IMG/VR virus record: IMGVR_UViG_3300007790_000161
Location: 5,809 to 69,808 of that record
Reading direction: 5' to 3' (one strand)
Source: a virus
DNA: 64,000 nucleotides
The notes below the pieces were generated by a model. That model did not search any database and was not told the DNA's origin. It worked only from the letters and a program-made list of their open reading frames with translations. Below, in pieces: positions 1 through 8,810 of this stretch; the first letter of the stretch is position 1; every line of letters starts with the position of its first letter. Position numbers and translations under genes: made by a program.

Positions 1-963
1 GCCTGGCACGACCTGGGGACGGTTTTCGACAAGCCGGTTTCCACTGCTGAGATGCTGGAGCTTGCCCACATGGCCGGTTGGAATCTGCGATTTGAGGATG
101 CGTCCGACTGGATGCCTGGCTTCAACTTCGTTGACGAGACTTTTCACGTGGTTCGTGACAATCCGTTCATTCCAGGCCAGAAGGATGTTCTCGGAACTGT
201 CGGTGGTCGGTATAACATCTTCTCGAATGAGCAGATTTTCGACTTTGCCGACACTCTGACGGATGGTCGTCGTAGGTGGGAAACGGCCGGTAGCATTAAG
301 AATGGTCAGAAGGTTTTCGCTACCCTTGTGGCAACCGATGACCTTGTTCTGGACCCGAATGGTTCCGCTGACACTATCCGTCGATACATCATGCTGGTTT
401 CCTCTCACGATGGTTCTACCACCATGATTGTCAAGATGGTGAATACCCGAGTGGTTTGTCAGAACACTCTGAATATCGCTCTCGGTGAAAAGGGTGCTGA
501 GTTCAAGATTCGGCACACTCAGGGAATGGAAACCAAGATTCAGGATGCAAAGAAGGCTCTTGGTCTGGCTACCATCTACGATGAGGTTTTCGAGACTGAG
601 ATGCAGGCTCTTTTCGAGAAGGAGATGACGCTTACTGAATTCGAGAAGATTGTCATGGACATCTTCCCGGAGCCGGAAGAGGATGTTCGTGGAAGTCAGA
701 AGAAGTGGGATGACAAGATGGACACCATCCTGAATGTCTGGCAGAATTCCACTGGTTCGGTTGAGAATCTTCCGAACAATGCTTACAAGGGTCTTCAGGT
801 TCTCACTGAACACAATCAGTGGTTCCGTGGAATTCGCAAGAGTTCCAAGACTGGTGAGCCGAACACCGAAAACTTCCTTGCGGCTGGTGCAGGTTTCGAC
901 CTGAAGACCACCGAATTCCGCACCGAGGTTTTTGAGCGAATGAAGGAATTCGCAATGGCGTAA
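1..963 (+). CDS. DUF932/DUF945-family phage protein, 5' end outside the window
   Basis: Frame is open from base 1 (AWHDLG...). Motifs WETAGSIKNG..VF, LVSSHDGS, RVVCQNTL and IRHT are typical of the family. Confidence 0.8.
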   Translation, partial: AWHDLGTVFDKPVSTAEMLELAHMAGWNLRFEDASDWMPGFNFVDETFHVVRDNPFIPGQKDVLGTVGGRYNIFSNEQIFDFADTLTDGRRRWETAGSIKNGQKVFATLVATDDLVLDPNGSADTIRRYIMLVSSHDGSTTMIVKMVNTRVVCQNTLNIALGEKGAEFKIRHTQGMETKIQDAKKALGLATIYDEVFETEMQALFEKEMTLTEFEKIVMDIFPEPEEDVRGSQKKWDDKMDTILNVWQNSTGSVENLPNNAYKGLQVLTEHNQWFRGIRKSSKTGEPNTENFLAAGAGFDLKTTEFRTEVFERMKEFAMA

Positions 964-1012
964 CACTTAGCGGCCCCTTCGGGGGCCGCAAGCTTTTTCC
1001 TAAGGAGGGAAA

Positions 1013-1195
1013 ATGAGGGAACTGTTTTGGTCTGTATTCGGTTCGCTTGTGGTCGGCGGCGGAATTTGTATTGCTGCTGATTCTATGTGGGACAAGCATT
1101 GGAATTTCTGGCTTGTCTCTGGAATTGTATTTGTTGTGTACTGGCTTCTCCGTCTTGGTTTTGGAGATGATGCACTAGATATTTCATTTGATTAA
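1013..1195 (+). CDS. small membrane protein
   Basis: RBS AGGAGG; two hydrophobic segments. Confidence 0.65.
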   Translation: MRELFWSVFGSLVVGGGICIAADSMWDKHWNFWLVSGIVFVVYWLLRLGFGDDALDISFD

Positions 1196-1234
1196 AAAGT
1201 GGGGCGCAATGCCCCAAGCTTGTAAGGAGGTAAC

Positions 1235-1528
1235 ATGGAAAACATGGCTTTGCCAAAAGCCTTGAGAACAAAGGTTGTTGATGGTCGAGTGTATTTCGAC
1301 CTTGAACAATTGCTTGAGATTATGTATGATGTATGCAATAAGACATCGGTCCTGGCAACACAGCTCATGGACCCTGCCCTAGGCACCATGACGCTAGGCG
1401 TAGCGAACATGTGCAAGGCTCTGGACGACGTTCTAACGGTCCATAAGGCTGCGCATGGGCTGTTGGGTCAGCGTGACTCTGGCAGCGGCTCACAGAGCGA
1501 TTCTAACGGGGTTGCTGAGCAGGACTAA
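1235..1528 (+). CDS. hypothetical protein
   Basis: RBS AAGGAGG; 97-aa ORF with phage-typical codons. Confidence 0.7.
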   Translation: MENMALPKALRTKVVDGRVYFDLEQLLEIMYDVCNKTSVLATQLMDPALGTMTLGVANMCKALDDVLTVHKAAHGLLGQRDSGSGSQSDSNGVAEQD

Positions 1529-1700
1529 ATCTGCTACACTAATTACATGTTCGTTAGGTGATAGGACACCTTTTCTCTTAGGATTCCGGTACCTCTATCA
1601 GTCAGGTCAGGCGAGAGGCTAAGTAACAGTCGGCAGTTATGCCGGAATCCCTTCACAATTAGATATGTAAGAATGTCCAATTAACAGAAGGAGATTAAAG

Positions 1701-1805
1701 ATGCCCGAGGTTTACGATTACGATGATGAGTCGCAGGATGTTTTCGTTGAGTCGGATTCTCCTGTGGACAGTGTTTACATCCGAGATGGACTGACCGATT
1801 TTTAG
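1701..1805 (+). CDS. 34-aa acidic peptide (not in the ORF track)
   Basis: RBS AAGGAG then MPEVYDYDDESQDVFVESDSPVDSVYIRDGLTDF*. Confidence 0.55.
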   Translation: MPEVYDYDDESQDVFVESDSPVDSVYIRDGLTDF

Positions 1806-1815
1806 GAGTTGACTT

Positions 1816-2085
1816 ATGCGCACTGGACTTGAGAACACTAAGCAAGAAACGCTTGAAATCTTGATTACTAACCTTAAGTCCGGTGTGCTTAAGGTTATTG
1901 AAATGGGTCCGGCTGCTTTGGTTTCCGACAATCCAAAGGAATGCCCTCCCGCTGCTGCTTTTGAAACCAACATGATGATTCTTCAAGCCTTTGAGGCAGA
2001 ATGTCTCAAGCGTGGAATCGACTTTGATTCCATTGGTCCTGATATTCGAGAGATTGAGGACCGGTGGCTTGAAGCCCGACAATAA
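1816..2085 (+). CDS. hypothetical protein
   Basis: RBS AGGAG; in operon. Confidence 0.65.
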   Translation: MRTGLENTKQETLEILITNLKSGVLKVIEMGPAALVSDNPKECPPAAAFETNMMILQAFEAECLKRGIDFDSIGPDIREIEDRWLEARQ

Positions 2086-2101
2086 GGAATAGGTAAAGAC
2101 A

Positions 2102-2311
2102 TTGGCAATTGTTCGTATCAGCACTGTACTTAAGAATGCTCCGTCCGTAGGTATTCAGGCTTGTGTTTATGGTGTCGAATGTGAAACCATTGAGTCTAAG
2201 GACCCGGCCGGAATTGTTTTTGAACTGATGGGTTCCAAGGAAAAGATTGCCAACGTCGTTGGCCGTACTGGTTCCCGCATTCTAAGTATTGCTGAGCCTG
2301 TAGGAAAGTGA
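2102..2311 (+). CDS. hypothetical protein
   Basis: TTG start; in operon; followed by a terminator hairpin. Confidence 0.6.
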   Translation: MAIVRISTVLKNAPSVGIQACVYGVECETIESKDPAGIVFELMGSKEKIANVVGRTGSRILSIAEPVGK

Positions 2312-2316
2312 GTCTG

Positions 2317-2340
2317 CCCCGCCATTTTGGCGGGGTTTTC
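2317..2340 (+). terminator. intrinsic terminator
   Basis: CCCCGCC-ATTTT-GGCGGGG followed by TTTTC. Confidence 0.65.
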
Positions 2341-2357
2341 TCGTCTCTGGTAGCTGC

Positions 2358-2387
2358 TTGACAGGGCTACCAAGCTTGCTGTAGAGT
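2358..2387 (+). promoter_or_regulatory. sigma70/HrdB-type promoter
   Basis: TTGACA-N18-TAGAGT. Confidence 0.7.
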
Positions 2388-2412
2388 TCTTACCAGAACG
2401 AAGGGAGACAGA

Positions 2413-3087
2413 GTGTCCAAGGCAACGTATCCTATCAAGCGTCTGATGACCCGTGACAGGGGCATCTGCTGGCTTTGCCGGAAGCTTGTTTCAAGGGAGC
2501 ACGCCACGCGTGACCACGTAATTCCTTATTCTCATGGTGGACCGAACCATGAGGCGAATCTTAAGCTTGCTCATCGGAAGTGCAACGAAAAGCGCGAGAA
2601 CAAGAATTTGATTTCTAAGGCTGAAAGCCTTAAGATTCTGCTGAAGTGCCAAAGCCACCGGTGCTTCCGCTGCCTTGTTGTTCTTCATAGCGATGATGCA
2701 ATGATTTCCCAGGATTGCCCGCGCGGGTCTCTTAGGGAAATTCGGGTGGCTATTTGTAAGTCTGGATGCGAAAAGAAGCTGCTTATTCCTTTTCAGAAGA
2801 GGAAGAGTGAGAAGCGCATCACCAAGAGAATTGAATCTAGGAAGAATAGGATTCCAATGGAAATGATTGTTGCTGATTCCCTGTATGCTGACCAGCTTCA
2901 GGATGGGGATTATGTAAGGTTCTACGCTGAGGGTGCTCTTCGTTTCGGAATTGTCCGAGACGTTGTAGACAATGATGAATTCTTCACCATTACCCTTGAG
3001 GATGATGTTGAGGGAGACGTTCAGGAATACAGCGCTGGTCCCGACACTGTGTATTCTCTTCTTATTCACGAGGCTGTTTCTGTTTAA
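2413..3087 (+). CDS. HNH endonuclease with extra Cys-rich and acidic C-terminal regions
   Basis: RDRGICWLC...TRDHVIPYSHGG.NHEANLKLAHRKCN is a canonical HNH motif. Confidence 0.8.
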   Translation: MSKATYPIKRLMTRDRGICWLCRKLVSREHATRDHVIPYSHGGPNHEANLKLAHRKCNEKRENKNLISKAESLKILLKCQSHRCFRCLVVLHSDDAMISQDCPRGSLREIRVAICKSGCEKKLLIPFQKRKSEKRITKRIESRKNRIPMEMIVADSLYADQLQDGDYVRFYAEGALRFGIVRDVVDNDEFFTITLEDDVEGDVQEYSAGPDTVYSLLIHEAVSV

Positions 3088-3100
3088 TTGAATGGGCGGG

Positions 3101-3130
3101 TTGACAAAACCCGCCCAAGCTTGTTAGTCT
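3101..3130 (+). promoter_or_regulatory. sigma70-type promoter embedded in an inverted repeat
   Basis: TTGACA-N18-TAGTCT. Confidence 0.65.
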
Positions 3131-3174
3131 TCTTTTAAGTGACCCTATTGAAGGGAGAAAACTAGGAGAAGACT

Positions 3175-3561
3175 ATGGAAAAGAAGTGGTATCTAGGAAT
3201 CGCAGCATTTGCGATTGCTCTAGCTACTCTGGTTATTGTAGTGGTGTCTAGTATGGATACTACCCAGAGTAAGTTTGAGGAGTATGAAAGTTACGCTAAG
3301 CAAGTAAACATCGTTGATTGGTCAATTAGCGAGGATACTGCTAAGAGTTTTGCTGAGGCCAATTGTGATAAGCTCGCAACAGGAGAGATGCCAGCAATCA
3401 GATTTCAAAGCACGGACCATGTAAAGTCAAGTGCGTCTGTATTGGCAGCGTATTGCCCCGCCTCATTTGATAATTTTTTGGCGGGTATTATCATGAAGTA
3501 TCCAGAATACAGGAGTACAGCAATGTACCTGAACGAAAGGCTCAAGGTTGGTTCTGATTGA
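3175..3561 (+). CDS. membrane-anchored protein, DUF732-like
   Basis: N-terminal TM helix; Cys pattern ANCDKLATG...LAAYCP. Confidence 0.55.
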   Translation: MEKKWYLGIAAFAIALATLVIVVVSSMDTTQSKFEEYESYAKQVNIVDWSISEDTAKSFAEANCDKLATGEMPAIRFQSTDHVKSSASVLAAYCPASFDNFLAGIIMKYPEYRSTAMYLNERLKVGSD

Positions 3562-3664
3562 GTGGCTGGTAAAGTGCCTGCTCATGGGTGTTGCATGTTG
3601 TGCCGGTGCTGCGCTAGGGTTGTATCTAGGTTTTCTGATGGCAGTGAACGGATGGTTTGGATAA

Positions 3665-3802
3665 ATGGCTAAGAAATACCGAGACCCGGTTGAAGATTTG
3701 TTCAACGAGATTGCGGGCGGATGTGCTTTAATCTTCGCAGCAATCTTTTTCCTACCCTTCGTGGGGCTAGGAATCGGCATCGGATACTGGATTTGGGGCT
3801 GA
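3665..3802 (+). CDS. small membrane protein containing an in-frame TTA codon
   Basis: MAKKYRDPVEDLFNEIAGGCALIFAAIFFLPFVGLGIGIGYWIWG*; TTA at 3728-3730. Confidence 0.55.
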   Translation: MAKKYRDPVEDLFNEIAGGCALIFAAIFFLPFVGLGIGIGYWIWG

Positions 3803-3814
3803 TGCCCTGGGGGG

Positions 3815-3844
3815 TTGACTCTGACCCCCAAGCTTTGCTAAGGT
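3815..3844 (+). promoter_or_regulatory. sigma70-type promoter
   Basis: TTGACT-N18-TAAGGT. Confidence 0.65.
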
Positions 3845-3869
3845 TGTCTCACAACGAAGGGAGACGGAC

Positions 3870-4280
3870 ATGAAGTCCACGGAAGGTTACAAGCTCGCTC
3901 TGTCGAAGCACGCAAAGGAACAGCTCATTAAGAAGACCGGAGAGCTGGGAATTACGCGGGCACAGCAGGCATTCGAAACCCCGGATAAGGTTTATCCGAA
4001 TAAGAAGTACAAGGGTCAGTTCCGGATTGTCGGTAAGGGTCTTTGCCTTATCGGTCGTCCTACTGCCAATGGCCTTTTCCGAGTGTTCACGGTTTACGAG
4101 GATGGTGTTATGACTCCTCCCCGTGAAGACCAGATGGATACAGAGGAAGGCAGGGCGTATGCTGAGCTTTATCGAAAGGCTCAGGTCACTGGGAAGGTCG
4201 CTCGAAACAATGAGTATTACCCGCGCGCAAAGAAGCGCCGTGATGCTCCGAGTGATATACGTCACACGTATATTCGATAA
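3870..4280 (+). CDS. hypothetical protein, DUF4258/RelE-like fold candidate
   Basis: N-terminal LSKHAKEQL and a late VFTVY strand resemble DUF4258. The CDS is secure; the fold is tentative. Confidence 0.5.
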   Translation: MKSTEGYKLALSKHAKEQLIKKTGELGITRAQQAFETPDKVYPNKKYKGQFRIVGKGLCLIGRPTANGLFRVFTVYEDGVMTPPREDQMDTEEGRAYAELYRKAQVTGKVARNNEYYPRAKKRRDAPSDIRHTYIR

Positions 4281-4360
4281 ATAAATATATGGTACCCTGG
4301 TGAAATCCGCCGCCCTCAATTCCGGGGGCGGCGCGTACTAAACTTAGGAGATTTGATTTT

Positions 4361-4846
4361 ATGTATAAGAAGACTGCGGCTATCGGAACGCTTCTTGCTT
4401 CGATGACTCTAGTAGTAGGCATTTCTACAAATGCTGAGGCTGCAACAATCAGAGGTAAGGCGTACAACGTAGCCAAGGCTCAGCTTGGGGACAGATATTG
4501 TGGAGACAATAAGAAGTCCTGTGGTGGAAGCGTCGGACCGAATAGTTTCGATTGCTCTGGTCTTGTACAGTATTCATACAAGAAGGCTGGAAAGACAGTT
4601 CCACGAACAACTCAAAGCCAGTTTAAGGCTTCAAAGGATATTACGGTAAATCAGCGTCAGCTTGGTGATGTGATTTACTTCAGTCACAAGGGCACTCGTG
4701 ACCACTTTCATGTCGGCATCTATGCTGGCAACGGGTATATGATTCATGCGAATGCAGGGTCCTACTACGGAAAGAAGGTAATCAAGGAAAAGATTTCTTC
4801 TTACTGGGGAAAGAACTATAACGCAGATTATCGTAGGCTCGGTTGA
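4361..4846 (+). CDS. secreted NlpC/P60 peptidoglycan hydrolase
   Basis: Signal peptide; motifs FDCSGLV, PRTT..Q and HVGIYAGNGYMIHA. Confidence 0.9.
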   Translation: MYKKTAAIGTLLASMTLVVGISTNAEAATIRGKAYNVAKAQLGDRYCGDNKKSCGGSVGPNSFDCSGLVQYSYKKAGKTVPRTTQSQFKASKDITVNQRQLGDVIYFSHKGTRDHFHVGIYAGNGYMIHANAGSYYGKKVIKEKISSYWGKNYNADYRRLG

Positions 4847-4907
4847 TTGTGGCAGGGTGCCAATTTTGCTTTAAGGCACCCTGCAAGCTTGTAATAAAAG
4901 GAGTAGC

Positions 4908-5081
4908 ATGACAATCAAGTTTGGTGTAGTATTTCTAGCAATTGCAGTATTGCTCACTATATTGTCTATGTGGCATGAATGGCTGTCGGGTGCTTGCGTA
5001 TTCTTCTGGGGATGTGCAGCAGCTTGCATCATCATCGGGAAGGTTCCCGATGGGGTTGACACAGACCAGCCAGTCAGGTAG
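4908..5081 (+). CDS. small membrane protein (57 aa, not in the ORF track)
   Basis: RBS AAGGAG; two hydrophobic stretches. Confidence 0.55.
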   Translation: MTIKFGVVFLAIAVLLTILSMWHEWLSGACVFFWGCAAACIIIGKVPDGVDTDQPVR

Positions 5082-5138
5082 ATTAGTTGTTGTCAGGGCG
5101 GGCCAACAACCCGCTAGCTTCCCACAAAAGGAGAGAAC

Positions 5139-5438
5139 ATGCCGAAGGTTCGTGCGAAGAATGACCGTAGCGGTATTGCTGACCTGGGTGCTCACCACCT
5201 TTACAAGGCTCCGCGATTTCCTGCTCCGCGAATTTCTACGGAGGACTTTTGCCCGGCCTATCACCGACTTCAGCTCGGACTCAAGAACAGTGAGTCGAAT
5301 CTGAAGTTTGCCGGAAAGGCTGTAGTCAAGAAGCAGACTCCGGAAAACATCGAAAAGCTGAAGACTGCTAGGGAGAACATTCGTCAGACCAAGGAGATTA
5401 TCTTTACTCATCTGAGTGAGTGTGAAGACTGTAAGTGA
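5139..5438 (+). CDS. hypothetical protein with C-terminal HxxxCxxC
   Basis: RBS AAGGAG; basic coiled-coil region. Confidence 0.7.
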   Translation: MPKVRAKNDRSGIADLGAHHLYKAPRFPAPRISTEDFCPAYHRLQLGLKNSESNLKFAGKAVVKKQTPENIEKLKTARENIRQTKEIIFTHLSECEDCK

Positions 5439-5487
5439 TGTATTGCCCCCGAAAGGGGGCAAAGCTTCCATAATTAAGGAGAAGGAA

Positions 5488-5670
5488 ATGGAAGACTTTG
5501 GACTGGGAATGTTTCTTGGTGCCATGATTGGTGTCTTTATCTCGACTTTGATTTTCCTCGGAGTGAGTGAGGATATGGAAAGCGATTCCAAGAATGAACA
5601 GAAGCGTTTCGAGTTGTGTCTCAAGCGTGATATGCAGTGGGTTGACCAAAACTGCATCGGCAATAAGTAA
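5488..5670 (+). CDS. small membrane protein
   Basis: RBS-supported ATG at 5488; one TM helix and two Cys. Confidence 0.6.
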   Translation: MEDFGLGMFLGAMIGVFISTLIFLGVSEDMESDSKNEQKRFELCLKRDMQWVDQNCIGNK

Positions 5671-5714
5671 TACCGGGCGGACTTCGGTCCGCCAAGCTTT
5701 CCAACACAAGGAGA

Positions 5715-5903
5715 ATGATGAAGCGACACTTCAGTAATTGGTGGCCGGGATATGTCATGGGAACCTTTCTTGTGGCAATTGTAATTTTTGCGGGAATGGG
5801 AATTACTTATGACGCTAAGCAAGAAAAGCGATGTCTGAAGGCAGGATATCAGTACATCGATGGTACTTGCTTCAAGAAGGCTATTTTTGCTGAATGGGAG
5901 TAG
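5715..5903 (+). CDS. small membrane protein
   Basis: RBS AAGGAG; TM helix plus CLKAG...C, the same architecture as the preceding gene. Confidence 0.6.
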   Translation: MMKRHFSNWWPGYVMGTFLVAIVIFAGMGITYDAKQEKRCLKAGYQYIDGTCFKKAIFAEWE

Positions 5904-5950
5904 CCTTTCTGCCCACGAAAGTGGGCAAGCTTCCTGACATAGGAGATTAT

Positions 5951-6226
5951 ATGAGTATTCATGGCGGGGTTGAGAGAGAAATGACCCTTCTTTCATTCAG
6001 GTGGAAGAAGAACATTGACGAATATGACGGAACACTTGATGAGACATGGCATCTTACCATTGTACTAGGATGGTGGGATATCACAATTGAAAGGATTCCG
6101 AACCGCAAGCACTTCAGCCTGAAGTATGGTATCTGTGGATTCGGATACTGGATTAGCGCCAATAGGAATTTCGAAACGATGGAAAAGCGAACATTCGGAG
6201 ACGCAAGCGAAAGGTTGCTGAAGTGA
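5951..6226 (+). CDS. hypothetical protein
   Basis: RBS AGGAG before ATG 5951. Confidence 0.6.
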   Translation: MSIHGGVEREMTLLSFRWKKNIDEYDGTLDETWHLTIVLGWWDITIERIPNRKHFSLKYGICGFGYWISANRNFETMEKRTFGDASERLLK

Positions 6227-6438
6227 TGGATGACAATGACATGCACCCCGGTTCTTGCCTTCTGTGGCTCATAGCTATAGGGTTGGTCTTGTGGTTGGTA
6301 ATTGATTCGGTGGCAAACTGATGAGCGACGAGAGAAACAGAAAGGTTCTCCTCTGGATGCTTCGCCTAAGCCCAATCGGCGCACTTGCCATGATTGCAAT
6401 GGTAGTGTACGCTATCACTCAACAGTAAAGGAGATAAC

Positions 6439-6618
6439 ATGACAAACGGTGAGCTGATTGAGTATCTGAGCACGTTTCCGAAGGATGCTCAGGTTGATGG
6501 ACTTCTGGTTACTGAGCATGGTAAGATGTTTCCTGTACTTGAGAGCAGCACGCTAGACTCTCAGGATGGAGAGATTTCTTGGGAGCTTTACACTGGTGAA
6601 GAATACGACTGTTCGTAA
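6439..6618 (+). CDS. hypothetical protein (59 aa)
   Basis: RBS AAGGAG; begins MTNGELIEYLSTFPKDAQV, a common phage N-terminal pattern. Confidence 0.6.
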   Translation: MTNGELIEYLSTFPKDAQVDGLLVTEHGKMFPVLESSTLDSQDGEISWELYTGEEYDCS

Positions 6619-6689
6619 TCCAAACCCGCCCGGATTTCCGGGCAAGCTTTCCTTCTAGACTATAAGGGTATAGAAACTAGGAGGATGAA

Positions 6690-6845
6690 ATGAATGTTTG
6701 GGTAGTAACAGAAGGAAATTGCACTTGCTGTAACTGGTATGTTGGCGGGGTTTTCTCAACAGAAGAGAAGGCCAACGCCTATGTATCAAAGAGTGAGTAC
6801 AAGTATTCTGAAATTGACGAAGCAATAATTGACGAAGAGGATTAA
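6690..6845 (+). CDS. hypothetical protein (51 aa)
   Basis: RBS AGGAGG; MNVWVVTEG...GGVFSTEEKANAY. Confidence 0.6.
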   Translation: MNVWVVTEGNCTCCNWYVGGVFSTEEKANAYVSKSEYKYSEIDEAIIDEED

Positions 6846-6846
6846 A

Positions 6847-7416
6847 ATGGCAACGTTCTTCACGAGTGACACGCATTTCGGTCATCAGCGTATCATCGAG
6901 CTGTGCGAGCGGCCTTTCGATTCGGTTGATGAGATGAATGAGGCAATGATTGAGCGCTGGAATGAGACGGTAAAGCAGAGTGACACCGTTTACCATCTTG
7001 GTGATGTGGCACTCGGTAAGATTGCCGAGTCTCTTCCCCTCGTTGGTCGTCTGAATGGTTACAAGATTCTTGTTCCTGGTAACCATGACCGCATTTTCTC
7101 AGGCGAGAAGGAAAAGCAGCGTCTCAGGTTCGGTCCGGAGTACGATAAGGTCTTTCAGTACACGCTCCCTGAGAGCTTCCGTACGACCCTGGGAGGCTTT
7201 GATGTGATGCTGAGCCACTTCCCCTACGTTGGGGACTCTCACGGGGCAGACAGACACGCTGACAAGCGTCCCAAGGATGAGGGTCTGCCTATCATTCACG
7301 GTCACGTGCATGACGAGTGGGCAGAAAACGGCCGGATGTTCAATGCAGGTGTTGACGTTCGAGACTTCCGCCCCGTTCATGAGGATGTGGTGGTTGACTG
7401 GCTCAAGAGCCTGTAG
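6847..7416 (+). CDS. calcineurin-like metallophosphoesterase
   Basis: Motifs SDTHFGH, YHLGD, PGNHD, SHFP and HGHVH. Confidence 0.9.
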   Translation: MATFFTSDTHFGHQRIIELCERPFDSVDEMNEAMIERWNETVKQSDTVYHLGDVALGKIAESLPLVGRLNGYKILVPGNHDRIFSGEKEKQRLRFGPEYDKVFQYTLPESFRTTLGGFDVMLSHFPYVGDSHGADRHADKRPKDEGLPIIHGHVHDEWAENGRMFNAGVDVRDFRPVHEDVVVDWLKSL

Positions 7417-7474
7417 TAAGGTGGGGACTGTTCGAAAGGGGCAGTCCCCAAGCTTCCCTGATTGAGGAGAGACA

Positions 7475-7780
7475 ATGGAATTGTTTCATTTCGTATGGGC
7501 TGATGTAATCGCTCTGGGAATCATTGCAATTGGTTTCTGGCGGGCTTTGTATCGTTGTCCTGTTGGTATGAATCCCGATAGGATAATGTATTGGTACATG
7601 GGATGTGGATGGACCACGCTTGGTGTCATCAGAACATATGAGGGATTTTATGTTTCTGCTGCTATTGATGCTGGGTTCGCCGCATATGACTTCTACCGCT
7701 GGTGGAATGCTGGTGGTGGAGATGGCATCAAGAACTTCCTTCAGAGCCTTGTCATGAAGCCTGCTCATGCTGTAAGGTAG
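7475..7780 (+). CDS. membrane protein
   Basis: RBS GAGGAG; three hydrophobic segments. Confidence 0.65.
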   Translation: MELFHFVWADVIALGIIAIGFWRALYRCPVGMNPDRIMYWYMGCGWTTLGVIRTYEGFYVSAAIDAGFAAYDFYRWWNAGGGDGIKNFLQSLVMKPAHAVR

Positions 7781-7838
7781 TACCACAAGCGGGGGCGAAA
7801 GTCTCCGCAAGCTTCCTCCCTAGACCTTAAGGAGAACG

Positions 7839-8294
7839 ATGGACCTGTTTAACGCAGAACGTCAGGCAAAGCTGCTTATGGCTGCGCATGGATTGATTGA
7901 CAAGGGGTGGCGTTTCGAATGGGATAATGCCGCGCGTCGATTCGGTCAGTGCCGCTATAGCACTAAGACAATTTCAATGTCTCGTCAGTTGACTGTTCAG
8001 CGTAGTGCTGACGCTGTTCGGAATACAATGCTTCACGAAATTGCACATGCGCTTACTCCTGGCAGTGGGCACAATGCGATTTGGCGGGCTAAGGCAATTT
8101 CCATTGGCTGTGATGGAAACCGCTGCTCTGATGATAAGGTTGAGGTTGATTACAAGTATGTAGCAAAGTGCCCGAATGGGCATGTTTCAAAGAAGTACCT
8201 TCGTAAGCCTCGGGCATCTGCTAGGCCCCGCTCTTGTGGTACTTGTAGTCCTGTTTACAATGCAAGATATGCAATTAAGGTGTACGCTATCTAG
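7839..8294 (+). CDS. SprT-like zinc metalloprotease
   Basis: Motifs RFGQC, MLHEIAHAL and GH...W, plus a C-terminal Zn knuckle. Confidence 0.88.
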   Translation: MDLFNAERQAKLLMAAHGLIDKGWRFEWDNAARRFGQCRYSTKTISMSRQLTVQRSADAVRNTMLHEIAHALTPGSGHNAIWRAKAISIGCDGNRCSDDKVEVDYKYVAKCPNGHVSKKYLRKPRASARPRSCGTCSPVYNARYAIKVYAI

Positions 8295-8403
8295 AATGGA
8301 CTGGTTCCCCATTCTGTGAATGGTTCGGGCGGGGAGAAATCCCCGCCAAGCTTGCTACAACAGATGGTACAAGAAACCTCTGTGTGGCTGTGTAGGAGGG
8401 CGT

Positions 8404-8586
8404 ATGAACGTGGCTAGGGAGTTGCGTCGGAAAGAGCATTCTAGGCCCGGACATGAGCTTAGAGACGCTACGGATGACGTATTTAGAAGCAACATGGACA
8501 CTGTGACCAGAAGGTTTCACAGATGTTCGTGCGGGTGGTTTGGATGGTTGACAGTCAAGGCGGAAGGCGGTAAGGTAAAGCCATGA
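8404..8586 (+). CDS. hypothetical protein (His/Cys motif)
   Basis: RBS AGGAGG; GHEL...CSCGW. Confidence 0.6.
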   Translation: MNVARELRRKEHSRPGHELRDATDDVFRSNMDTVTRRFHRCSCGWFGWLTVKAEGGKVKP

Positions 8587-8810
8587 ACGTTGAGGTGAAC
8601 AGCCTGTTCTCCCCACTTTTCTGGAAGTCTGTTGCAAGACGACAGGAGGATGGAGAGCGATATGGTCAGGCAGTATTCAATTCTGCCTATGGATTGTTTC
8701 CAGAAGAAGTTGGTGAGCTAGTTGCAACAGAGCTTGACCCGTTCTACAATGATGGGGTTGTCAAGCTTTTCCTTGCAGCACTGACCAGCAAGATTGGGGA
8801 AGTTCGATGA
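8583..8810 (+). CDS. hypothetical protein
   Basis: Overlapping stop/start; RYGQAVFN...DPFY motif. Confidence 0.65.
   Translation: MNVEVNSLFSPLFWKSVARRQEDGERYGQAVFNSAYGLFPEEVGELVATELDPFYNDGVVKLFLAALTSKIGEVR

Noticed and set aside
4935-5996. Long antisense ORFs (also 2491-3069, 11878-12639, 17463-18053, 18075-18647, 36481-37092)
   Set aside because: They are shadows of well-supported plus-strand genes produced by codon bias, with no RBS or recognisable motifs.
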